Part shown: positions 15,148 to 22,909 of the stretch, piece by piece
How the letters are laid out: each line of letters starts with the position of its first letter
Position numbering within the stretch: position 1 is the first letter of the stretch
Assembly (NCBI GenBank): GCA_942493095.1
Contig: OW818675.1
Span: 1,920,001-1,952,000, forward strand
DNA length: 32,000 nt
Reading direction: 5' to 3'
From: Candidatus Electronema halotolerans
GTDB taxonomy: Bacteria > Desulfobacterota > Desulfobulbia > Desulfobulbales > Desulfobulbaceae
Notes under the pieces: model-generated
What the model was told of the DNA's origin: nothing
The model's input: only the letters and a program-made list of their open reading frames with translations
Databases searched by the model: none
Program-made: the position numbers and the translations under genes

Positions 15148-16161
15148 ATGAACCAACTTGGATTTTTTGATTTTTATATTCGTCTTTCCCGAATTGACAA
15201 AGCAGGTGATCCTTTAGTTAAGATCAACAAGGCTATTGACTGGGAAATATTTCGGCCAATTCTTGAAGAAGCAAAAAGAAAGCCTGTGAAATCAAATGCT
15301 GGAGCTAAAGGTTATGATTCAGTCATGATGTTCAAAATTTTAATTTTGCAATCATTATACAATCTTTCTGATAAAGGGATGGAATATCAAATTCTTGACA
15401 GATATTCGTTTTCCAGATTCCTTGGACTTCGGGCGGCTGACAAAGTTCCAGATGCGACAACGATATGGCTTTTTCGTGAAACTTTGACCAAAGCAGGAAA
15501 AATCGAGGAACTGTTTTCTGTTTTTGACGAATTTCTTGATGAAAATGGATATCAAGCCAGAAAAGGGCAGATAGTCGACGCTTCCATAGTCAACGCCCCG
15601 ATCCAGCGTAACAGCCGCAAGGAAAACAAGCAGATCAAGAATGGTGAACAGCCTGAAGGATGGAGTGAGAATAAGCAGGCGCAGAAGGATACTGATGCCC
15701 GTTGGACCAAAAAGAACGGCAGAAGCTTTTTTGGTTATAAAAATCATATATCTGTTGATGTGAAGCATAAATTCATCCGAAAATATGCGGTGACCAGCGC
15801 CGAGGTTCATGACAGCAATATTTTTGAGGAGCTGCTTGACCCTGACAACACCAGTCGGGATATCTATGCGGATTCGGCATACAGATCTGAAAAAAAGCTC
15901 AACTGGTTGAACGAGAATGGATACAGAGAGCATCTGAACCGCAAAGGAACACGAAGCCGGAAACTGACCGAATGGGAGAAGCAGGGAAATCGGACAAGAT
16001 CAAAAATTCGCTCCCGGATTGAACACGTCTTCGGCATCCAGGCGCAACGTGCTGGCAATATGATTCTCCGAGGAACAGGTTTCATTCGCGCTGCTGCGAA
16101 AATAGGCTTGAGAAACTTGACGTTCAATATTGACAGGTACGGAACTCTTAATAAAATTTAA
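15148..16161 (+). CDS. IS5-family (IS4/IS5 superfamily) DDE transposase.
   Basis: IS5-typical blocks are present: AGAKGYDSVMMFKILILQSLYNLSD, DATTIWLFRE, IVDASIV.AP, DTDARWTKK....FGYKNHI, ADSAY and SKIRSRIEHVFG. Confidence 0.9.
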   Translation: MNQLGFFDFYIRLSRIDKAGDPLVKINKAIDWEIFRPILEEAKRKPVKSNAGAKGYDSVMMFKILILQSLYNLSDKGMEYQILDRYSFSRFLGLRAADKVPDATTIWLFRETLTKAGKIEELFSVFDEFLDENGYQARKGQIVDASIVNAPIQRNSRKENKQIKNGEQPEGWSENKQAQKDTDARWTKKNGRSFFGYKNHISVDVKHKFIRKYAVTSAEVHDSNIFEELLDPDNTSRDIYADSAYRSEKKLNWLNENGYREHLNRKGTRSRKLTEWEKQGNRTRSKIRSRIEHVFGIQAQRAGNMILRGTGFIRAAAKIGLRNLTFNIDRYGTLNKI

Positions 16162-16384
16162 GATTTAAAAAAAAGAAACGCATTCAGGAACATATTTCAA
16201 CGGAAGTTTGCTCAAAATAAATAAAAAACAGGAAATAACAATTTATGTATTTGAAATTTTCAACTGTCAAAGACACTATTGATAAGCTGAAAAAACTTTA
16301 TCTCAAATTTTTCGAGGTTCCCTTCGGATTGCATGGTTATCAAACCCAACAATGACAAAAAAACGATTTGATTGATTTTGACTT

Positions 16385-16512
16385 AACTGTTAGGAATTAC
16401 GCAGTTGGAGTGCCAACCCGTTGATTTTATTCAACTGGCGATTTAAGCGGTAAAAAGACAACTGGCTGTAATAGCTAAACTTCTTATTTCAACTGCGTAA
16501 CTCCTACCAGTT
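16385..16512. repeat. A 128-bp element bounded by 23-bp inverted repeats; either MITE-like or a long-stem RNA.
   Basis: AACTGTTAGGAATTACGCAGTTG (16385-16407) matches the reverse complement of 16490-16512, AACTGGTAGGAGTTACGCAGTTG, at 21/23. The CAACTG(G/C) motif recurs inside at about 16432 and about 16459. Confidence 0.6.
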
Positions 16513-16723
16513 TTTAAAATTCACTGCCCATAGTAAAAAAATGGAAGCCAAATAAATTTATTACTATGGCCTCTCAGTTTGTTTCAATGAGACCTTCTTA
16601 TCAAAAATAGGTTCCCGTGCAGCCTGCTTTTTATCCTGCGAGTTTTCCACTTTTTCCGCCAGTTGTCAAGAAATATTTCCGGGCCGCACAAAAAGACTTG
16701 CACTGGCACCACAAAAGCAAAAA

Positions 16724-16748
16724 GGGTTCAGGCCGCCAGCCCGAACCC
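16724..16748 (-). terminator. Bidirectional rho-independent terminator downstream of higA.
   Basis: The stem is gggttcaggc/gcccgaaccc (10 bp with one A.C mismatch) and the loop is cgcca. It is flanked by an A-rich stretch (16712-16723) and a T-rich stretch (16749-16758). Confidence 0.65.
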
Positions 16749-16781
16749 TTTCTTGTTTCCGCTGTAGCAACGCAGCTAAGA

Positions 16782-17162
16782 TCATGCCAGAATAGGAACA
16801 TCCTCATTCGATTCAGGAATGAACAGATCGGCGGAGATTTTCAGCCCTTTCTTCAGCCGCATGATCATCTCAACAGTTAGCTTTTTCTTTCGTTCCAGAA
16901 CTTGCCGCACTACCGCCTTGGTGCCAATATACGGCTCAAGCTCATTGCTGGTGATGCCTTTCCATTCCATGATGTATTTCAGAGCCTCAACCGGGTCAGG
17001 AAAATCAATGGGAAAATGTTTTTCTTCATAATCTTCGGCAAGCACAGACAGCACTTCAAGCTCGTTGAACTCGTCAGAACCCGGCGGCGCATCAAGCAAC
17101 GCATCAATCCGCTGCATCACCTGATTGTAATCTTCCTCTGAACGTATCGGCAGAATGATCAT
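16782..17162 (-). CDS. higA: HigA-type antitoxin: an HTH (Xre-like) protein with an N-terminal extension.
   Basis: It lies immediately downstream of the higB-like toxin in the toxin-first order typical of higBA. An AAGGAGG Shine-Dalgarno lies 5 nt upstream. The HTH region is ITSNELEPYIGTKAVVRQVLERKKKLTVEMIMRL. Confidence 0.7.
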   Translation of the reverse strand: MIILPIRSEEDYNQVMQRIDALLDAPPGSDEFNELEVLSVLAEDYEEKHFPIDFPDPVEALKYIMEWKGITSNELEPYIGTKAVVRQVLERKKKLTVEMIMRLKKGLKISADLFIPESNEDVPILA

Positions 17163-17185
17163 TATGACCTCCTTTCGCGCCGCTT

Positions 17186-17479
17186 TTAAACAGCATTCGC
17201 ATCAATCTTATCGTATTCGGCATGAGTGCCGATGAAGCGGATGTAAACTCGTTGCAGTTCATAAACTGCTTTCACGATCAAGCGGTACTTGTTTCCTTTG
17301 ATATTGAAGCATATTCTGTCGTTCTTGAGAATATCCGCCGTTGAAAAAATATTTTTCATCTCCGCCGGGCCGCTCCAGCTCGCTTTACTGACCACCGCAT
17401 ACCAAGTTTTCAACGCCTGCTCGGAATCAGGATGCTTTTCCCAGAATTCCATCAAAGTTTTGCGCTTGATGATGTGCAT
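17186..17479 (-). CDS. higB: HigB-family type II toxin (mRNA interferase).
   Basis: The sequence MHIIKRKTLMEFWEKHPDSEQALKTWY......W....E.K.......IL...R..FNIKGNKYRLIV.....Q.VYIRFIGTHAEYDKI matches the HigB_toxin pattern. The ATG is at 17479. Confidence 0.8.
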   Translation of the reverse strand: MHIIKRKTLMEFWEKHPDSEQALKTWYAVVSKASWSGPAEMKNIFSTADILKNDRICFNIKGNKYRLIVKAVYELQRVYIRFIGTHAEYDKIDANAV

Positions 17480-17495
17480 GATCAATCTTTTCGGT

Positions 17496-17534
17496 AAAAC
17501 GGGGATTCAGACCATCGCCAAAATCCCCGTTTTT
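17496..17534 (-). terminator. Rho-independent (bidirectional) terminator after the glutamate synthase operon.
   Basis: A perfect 12-bp stem, aaaacggggatt (17496-17507) / aatccccgtttt (17522-17533), encloses a 14-nt loop. The U-run is part of the stem and continues just beyond it. Confidence 0.7.
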
Positions 17535-17558
17535 CATCTGTCGTCTTGCGAGGCTGCG

Positions 17559-19925
17559 CTAAAACGGCCTCATGGTCCAGATGCCGCAGGGGCAGGTGTC
17601 GGCGCAGAAGCCGCAGGCAATGCACTTGCTGTCATCCGAGACATACTTGTATGCCACGCCGTCCGCAGCCTGCTCCGGAGGCACTTCCTCGCGGGAGATG
17701 GCGTGGGTCGGGCACATGGTCTCGCAGAGGTGGCAGTCACGGCATGAGCCGCAGCTCAGGCAGCGGGCCGCCTGCTGCTCCTCGGTCTTGCCCTTGTCGT
17801 CCGCCGGATCATAGTGGGCAATGGTCAACGCCTCGTACTGAATCAGCTTTTTGGCAAAAGGCTTCCATTCCCTGCCCTCCATCGCCGCGATCAGATACTC
17901 GGCTGTCCGCTTAGCCGCGCCAAGGGCGTTGGTCGCCAGACCGGGCCGCTCCACGTCGCCGACCGCAAGAATCTTGTCATCCGTGGTCCGGCCCGCCTCG
18001 TCGGTCTTGATCCAAGAGCCGCCAGCGATTTTGATCACCTCGACGCTGTCCGGCAGGAAAGGCAGGCTGGGCACGTCGCCAATGGAAATAATCACGGTCT
18101 GGGCCGGAATCAGCTCGCCTTTGTCCGTGACAAGTCCTTTCTCCGTCACCTCCTTAGTCATCACCGGCCACTTGAAAACCGCACCAAGAGCCTCGGCAGA
18201 TTCGCGCTCCTTGCCAAAGGCCAGCGGCTTCTGGATGTCCACCAGCGTGACCTGATCCGCTCCCAGCCGATAACACTCGGCAGCCACGTCGCAGCCGACA
18301 TTGCCCGCGCCGATGATCACCACCTGCTTGCCCGTGGCCATCGGATGCTCGCTCTTGGCCGCCTTGAGATAATCAAGGGCCGGAATCACCCGCTCGTGGC
18401 CGGGGAAGGGAATGGTCTTGGGCTGATGGGTGCCGACCGCGACGATGACATAATCGTACTCGGCCTTGAGCTGCTCCATCCGGGCCTTGGTCATGCTTTC
18501 GCCGAGATGCACCTTGATGTTCTCGCTCTTCTTGAAACGCTCGACCTCCAACTCCCAGACCGCCTTGGAGAGCCGCTCCCACGGAATGGTCTGGGCCAGC
18601 TTGCCGCCGAGCTGCTCGCTTTTCTCGAAGATATGGGCTTCAATACCAGCCAAAGCCAGATGCCAAGCCGCGCCCATGCCTGCCGGGCCGCCGCCGATAA
18701 TCGCCACTTTCTGGCCAGTGGTCGCCTTGGCCTTGGGCGGATCCACGTTATGCACCGCCTGACCAAGGATCGAGACATCAATGGAAAAATCGATTTTTTT
18801 GCGCGAACAGTTCTGGATGCAGAGGTTGGGGCAGATGGTGCCGCAGACCGAGGCCGGGAAGGGCGTGTAGCGGAGCAGCAGCTCGTAGGCCTCCTCGTTC
18901 CTGCCCTCGCGGATCAGCCGCAGCCGGTCAATGGTCGGGATGTGCATCGGGCAGTAAAAGGTGCAGGGCGCGGCGGAGTCGCGGTTGACCCACCAAGGCC
19001 GACGGCGGCGCAGCTCGCCGGTTTCAATCACCCCGATCACCGAGCGGTCCAAGTTCGGAGCCAAGTCGCGCAGCGGATCGCCGCCGCCAAAGCCCGCGCT
19101 CCAGACGCGTTTGGCAAATTCCGACATCGGCATCGGGCCGGAGAACATCAGAGCGCGCTCCTGCGGGCTGACTGCCGTGAGCAGATTCCATTCCTCACGC
19201 CTGCTCAGGGTGTCGAGCAGCTCAAGTCTGCCGATGGCCTTCAGATATTCCGGCAGCCGCTCGATAAGCCACTGCCATTCCTCATCAGTCGGCTGGGTCA
19301 GCTTGGCATTGGTGCGCGAATAGCTGTCATCCGTTTTGCCCCGGAAATAGACTTGGCCGCCGACCATGCCGACGCAAGGACGATAGCCGAGCACATTGTC
19401 CGGGTTCTTGGGATTATGGCCGCAAACCACCGCAGTGCCGCCGCAGTTGAACTCGGCAAAGGTGTCGCCCACTGAGCCGAGCACCCACATTTCCGGGCGT
19501 TCGTAGTCCGGGTTCCACTTGGTCATGGTCAGGCCGCGTGCGCCGATGGAGCCGCCGATCATCACCCGGCCCCCGGCCATCGCGTTGCATGCGCCGTTGG
19601 TCGCATCGCCTTTGACAATGACATCCGCGCCGATATTGAGGTAGCCGACATCGTCCGAGGCCGAGCCTTCACAGATGATCGTGGCACCAGACATGCCCAT
19701 GCAGCCCAGCCGCTGGCCCACCGGCCCTTTAACCCGGATGGTGAGCGGCTTGTCCTTGCTGCCAAGGCGCAGGCCAATGTTGTGCTGGCCAAAGGATTCG
19801 AGCAGCAGCTCATCCGCAGCAGCGGCTGCCCCGCGCACCTCCTCCTCAAATATCTTCGAGGTCAGGCGCAGGCCCTTTGCGTCCTTGCCGCGTATTGTCA
19901 CAATGTTTTTCGCTTGTTCAGTCAT
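17559..19925 (-). CDS. Fusion of a glutamate synthase GXGXG (GltB C-terminal) domain, a GltD-like NAD(P)H/FAD oxidoreductase and a C-terminal 2x[4Fe-4S] ferredoxin.
   Basis: The N-terminus is beta-helix-like (GQRLGCMGMSGATIICEGSASDDVGYLNIGADVIVKGDATNG...). A GltD-like Fe-S region follows (CPNLCIQNCSR), then a dinucleotide fold (KVAIIGGGPAGMGAAWHL and VVIIGAGNVGCD). The C-terminus has CLSCGSCRDCHLCETMCP and CIACGFCADTCP. Confidence 0.85.
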   Translation of the reverse strand: MTEQAKNIVTIRGKDAKGLRLTSKIFEEEVRGAAAAADELLLESFGQHNIGLRLGSKDKPLTIRVKGPVGQRLGCMGMSGATIICEGSASDDVGYLNIGADVIVKGDATNGACNAMAGGRVMIGGSIGARGLTMTKWNPDYERPEMWVLGSVGDTFAEFNCGGTAVVCGHNPKNPDNVLGYRPCVGMVGGQVYFRGKTDDSYSRTNAKLTQPTDEEWQWLIERLPEYLKAIGRLELLDTLSRREEWNLLTAVSPQERALMFSGPMPMSEFAKRVWSAGFGGGDPLRDLAPNLDRSVIGVIETGELRRRRPWWVNRDSAAPCTFYCPMHIPTIDRLRLIREGRNEEAYELLLRYTPFPASVCGTICPNLCIQNCSRKKIDFSIDVSILGQAVHNVDPPKAKATTGQKVAIIGGGPAGMGAAWHLALAGIEAHIFEKSEQLGGKLAQTIPWERLSKAVWELEVERFKKSENIKVHLGESMTKARMEQLKAEYDYVIVAVGTHQPKTIPFPGHERVIPALDYLKAAKSEHPMATGKQVVIIGAGNVGCDVAAECYRLGADQVTLVDIQKPLAFGKERESAEALGAVFKWPVMTKEVTEKGLVTDKGELIPAQTVIISIGDVPSLPFLPDSVEVIKIAGGSWIKTDEAGRTTDDKILAVGDVERPGLATNALGAAKRTAEYLIAAMEGREWKPFAKKLIQYEALTIAHYDPADDKGKTEEQQAARCLSCGSCRDCHLCETMCPTHAISREEVPPEQAADGVAYKYVSDDSKCIACGFCADTCPCGIWTMRPF

Positions 19926-19994
19926 AATGAAAATCCGTGATGATGGGCGGATATAATTTTACGGTTAGATAATTACCCTTTTGCATATCAGCCA

Positions 19995-20684
19995 TTATTC
20001 TTTCATGATCGTGATGACGCGCTCATCCAAGCAGGAACGCAAAAAGGCATTCATCTGCTGCTGCTCGCCGCTGTCATAAAAGTCCAACATGAGCTGATTG
20101 AATTCCAATTGCCGTTTGGCTGGAAGATTGATCGCAGGATAGCCGCAGCTTAACAAAAATCCATTCATGACAAAACGGCCCATGCGTTTGTTGACATCAT
20201 AAAAAAATTGACAGCGGGCCATAGTCAGAAAATAGTGAATAGCGCGGTCATACACGTCATCAAGCTGCGCTGCCTCTTCTGTCATTTGCGCAAAAAATTT
20301 CAGTAGCTTTTCTGCTGCGGGCGGCAGATAACTTGTTCCAGCAATGGTCACGCCGCCGGAACGAAATTTCCCCCATTCCAGCGCATCTTCCTTGGCGGCA
20401 ATGCTGTGCAAGGCGCAAACTTGTTCAACAGTCACAGCAAACTGCTTTTTTTCTATCAAACGGAAGATGTATCGCCACGCATCAGCCTGATTCAGGGCAA
20501 CCTGCTGGTCGCTGATCTTATGACCGCCGACTGTGATACCTTCGAGCAGAGTCTGGATTTCCGGCAGAGTGTAACTGATTCCCTCCAGATTGACTGCATC
20601 ACAGACAAATTCAGCAAGCTGGCGTTTGGCCAGCATGATTGCCTTGGCTTGATTTGGCCGCATCTGCCAATAGGCATCAATCAT
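19995..20684 (-). CDS. Fic/DOC-fold protein with a degenerate active-site motif.
   Basis: The overall pattern resembles Fic, but the motif position reads QFFYDVNKRMGR (nt 20175-20210) instead of HxFx(D/E)GNGRxxR. Confidence 0.55.
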   Translation of the reverse strand: MIDAYWQMRPNQAKAIMLAKRQLAEFVCDAVNLEGISYTLPEIQTLLEGITVGGHKISDQQVALNQADAWRYIFRLIEKKQFAVTVEQVCALHSIAAKEDALEWGKFRSGGVTIAGTSYLPPAAEKLLKFFAQMTEEAAQLDDVYDRAIHYFLTMARCQFFYDVNKRMGRFVMNGFLLSCGYPAINLPAKRQLEFNQLMLDFYDSGEQQQMNAFLRSCLDERVITIMKE

Positions 20685-20702
20685 CGCAACTTCTTGCCGC
20701 TA

Positions 20703-20990
20703 TCAACTGATGTAACCCCATTCCCTGAACTGCTCCTGCAACTCAGGATCATTCTTGAACGCTTGAAAAAATATATATTCAGGGGCTAAATCTGCGCCGT
20801 TTGGCCAGACAAGTGTTTCTAAGTGCTCGTCAACAGCAAAGGCGGAAAATGCGGATGGTTGTTTCAGCGGCTCAAAAATAGGGCCATGCAATGCTTCAGA
20901 CAAATCAGCAATACCTTTTCGACCATTGTTAAATGCTACTTCTACTTTGTATTCATCAAGATGTTTGGCATCTGTAATATGAAGAAACAT
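20703..20990 (-). CDS. DUF2442 domain protein.
   Basis: MFLHITDAKHLDEYKVEVAFNNGRKGIADLSE.......PL......F..F.VD.....L.WPNGADLAPEYI is typical of DUF2442. I prefer the ATG at 20990, two nt after the DUF4160 stop. Confidence 0.7.
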   Translation of the reverse strand: MFLHITDAKHLDEYKVEVAFNNGRKGIADLSEALHGPIFEPLKQPSAFSAFAVDEHLETLVWPNGADLAPEYIFFQAFKNDPELQEQFREWGYIS

Positions 20991-20992
20991 TG

Positions 20993-21250
20993 TCACTCCA
21001 ATGGCTCGACAGAGTTGGGAGCCGCCTTTTTTCGGCACAGCTCCCAGTTTGCAATCAATTCATCCTGATGCAGTTCATGCCATTCAAGTACATGCCGCAA
21101 AGCTCTCTTTGGAAAGCGCCCTTCAACCACGCCGGTATGAATGTCCACTGTGATTTCATAGCCATCATATTTTGCATGAAAATGCGGAGGACTGTGATCA
21201 TCCCAGTACATGACGATGATTATTCCAAGAAATCTGCTTATTATTGGCAT
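20993..21250 (-). CDS. DUF4160 domain protein.
   Basis: MPIISRFLGIIIVMYWDDHSPPHFHAKYDGYE is the DUF4160 signature. The ATG at 21250 lies 18 nt after the stop of the upstream glutamate synthase gene. Confidence 0.75.
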   Translation of the reverse strand: MPIISRFLGIIIVMYWDDHSPPHFHAKYDGYEITVDIHTGVVEGRFPKRALRHVLEWHELHQDELIANWELCRKKAAPNSVEPLE

Positions 21251-21268
21251 GTCCAAAAATGGGTGGGG

Positions 21269-22909
21269 CTAACAAATATACTTAATCCCCAGCCGCTGCG
21301 CCGCATCCGCATCATCAATGCCAAGGGCATCAGACATGCCAATGGGCAGGCTCTGCGAACGGCCAAGCGGAGCCATGATCTTCTTCATCTCGGTGCGGAT
21401 TCCTTGGAAGACATCTGCCACCCGCTGGGCCACATCATCAGGGTCAAGCCGACGATAGAGCTTGGGATTCTGGCTGGTGATGCCTTTTGGACACAGGCCC
21501 ACGTTGCAGATATTGCAGCGGCCCAGCTCGTTGCCAAGACAGCCTGCCGCAGCCTGCATGATGTATTTGCCAATATGCACGCCGGACGCGCCGAGCATGA
21601 TCAGGGCCATACCGTTCTGGGTGACATTACCGTTTTTGCCCACGCCCCCAGCAGCAAAGAGCGGAATCTCATTCTGGCGACCTTGGGCAACCAGATCCAG
21701 ATAGCACTCGCGCAGGTTGGAGGCAATCGGATGGCCGGTGGCATCCATCGACACGTTGTAGGCCGCGCCGGTGCCGCCGTCAATGCCGTCAATCAGCAGG
21801 CCGCTCGCATACGGATTGCGCACCAAGTTGTTGAGCACGGACTTGGCCGAGGTGGAGCCGGAAATCTTGGGATAAACCGGCACCCGGAAGCCAAAGGCCA
21901 TAGACAGGGTCTGAATCATCTTCATGACGCTTTCCTCAATCGAATAAAGCGTCTGATGCACGGGCGGCGAAGGCAGATCAACGCCTTCCGGCACACCGCG
22001 CAGGCGGGCGATCAGCTTGCTGACCTTGAACCACATCAGTAGGCCGCCGTCGCCAGGCTTTGCGCCTTGGCCGTACTTGATCTCAATCGCTGCCGGATCG
22101 CACTGCATCTCCGGGATGGCCCGGATGATCTCGTCCCAGCCAAAATAGCCGGAAGCGATTTGCAGAATGATGTATTTCAGGAACGGGCTTTTCAGCACCC
22201 ACGGCGGACAGCCGCCCTCGCCGGTGGCCATAACTACGGGAATGCCGAGCACCTCGTTGCAATACGCCACGCCTTGGAGCAGACCCAGCCACATATTGGG
22301 CGAAAGCGCGCCAAAGGACATGGAGCCGATCACGAACGGGAATATCTCGCGGGTCGGCGGAATCCATTCGCCTGCGGCCTGACGGCGGAGAAACTCCTCC
22401 GGCGGCAGCACTCGGCCCAGAATGGTGTTGATGTTGAACTCATGCCGCCCTGCATCCAAGGCCGGATCCGTGAGCATGGAAATCCGGTCAAAGGCGATGC
22501 GGTCCAGAATGGTTCTGCCGCTGACATTGCGCCGACCGCCACGTTTCCACGCATCACCCTTCTGATCCATCTGAAAGCGGGAGCGATGCTCGTTGGTGTT
22601 CGGCACCGGGCTGATGGCCTCATTCGGGCAGACAGAAGCGCACATGCCGCAGCCAATGCACATTTTGTCCACATCCGTGTTCTGGCGGATGCCGACAAAA
22701 TGGCGGAAGTCGTTGCCGCGCTTCTTCTGGAGGATGTCTAACTTGGGCAGCCGCTGGCGACGGTAGGTCAGATAAATCGCCTGTTTAGGACAGACTGCCG
22801 TGCATTGGCCGCAGAGGGTGCAGCGGTCTTCCCGGTGCTGGATGATCCACGGCAGGTCGCTGTAGGTCAGGCTGCTTGGCTGAGTGTAAATTGATCGAAC
22901 TGAGACCAT
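21269..22909 (-). CDS. Glutamate synthase FMN-binding (GltB central/synthase) domain protein with an N-terminal 2x[4Fe-4S] ferredoxin.
   Basis: The N-terminus has CTLCGQCTAVCP and CIGCGMCASVCP. GltS-FMN-like blocks follow (IGSMSFGALS, IKYGQGAKPGDGG, SPPVHQ.LYSIE, IDGIDGGTGAA, AAGGVG). The start overlaps the upstream gene by 43 nt. Confidence 0.85.
   Translation of the reverse strand: MVSVRSIYTQPSSLTYSDLPWIIQHREDRCTLCGQCTAVCPKQAIYLTYRRQRLPKLDILQKKRGNDFRHFVGIRQNTDVDKMCIGCGMCASVCPNEAISPVPNTNEHRSRFQMDQKGDAWKRGGRRNVSGRTILDRIAFDRISMLTDPALDAGRHEFNINTILGRVLPPEEFLRRQAAGEWIPPTREIFPFVIGSMSFGALSPNMWLGLLQGVAYCNEVLGIPVVMATGEGGCPPWVLKSPFLKYIILQIASGYFGWDEIIRAIPEMQCDPAAIEIKYGQGAKPGDGGLLMWFKVSKLIARLRGVPEGVDLPSPPVHQTLYSIEESVMKMIQTLSMAFGFRVPVYPKISGSTSAKSVLNNLVRNPYASGLLIDGIDGGTGAAYNVSMDATGHPIASNLRECYLDLVAQGRQNEIPLFAAGGVGKNGNVTQNGMALIMLGASGVHIGKYIMQAAAGCLGNELGRCNICNVGLCPKGITSQNPKLYRRLDPDDVAQRVADVFQGIRTEMKKIMAPLGRSQSLPIGMSDALGIDDADAAQRLGIKYIC

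Larger units (their letters stand above)
15019..16321 (+). mobile_element. Intact IS5-family insertion sequence (about 1.3 kb).
   Basis: The terminal inverted repeats are (G)GGTTCCTCGAAAAAT at 15018/15019-15033 and ATTTTTCGAGGTTCC(C) at 16307-16321/16322, matching at 13/15. Flanking direct repeats are (C)TTCG(G) at 15013-15018 and 16322-16327. Confidence 0.85.

Noticed and set aside
16603-16616. aaaaataggttccc resembles the IS5 terminal repeat, raising the possibility of a solo inverted repeat or a second IS end.
   Set aside because: Only the 7-nt GGTTCCC core matches, and the arrangement relative to the A-run differs from both IS ends. This is most likely chance.
11160-17540. I looked for a tRNA gene, an integrase or long direct att-like repeats at the island borders, and for any CRISPR array.
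   Set aside because: None was found by eye. No T-loop-like GGTTCGAATCC-type sequence and no regularly spaced repeats are present. The only repeats are the IS ends and target duplications and the 23-bp inverted-repeat pair.
17814-19475. A 553-aa ORF on the plus strand.
   Set aside because: It lies entirely antisense to the well-supported GltD-fusion gene. Its Arg/Ala/Gly/Leu-rich composition with no motifs is typical of shadow ORFs in G+C-rich coding DNA.
20990-22042. A 350-aa plus-strand ORF.
   Set aside because: It is antisense to the DUF4160 gene and the glutamate synthase FMN-domain gene. It has no motifs and a low-complexity Arg/Ala/His-rich sequence.
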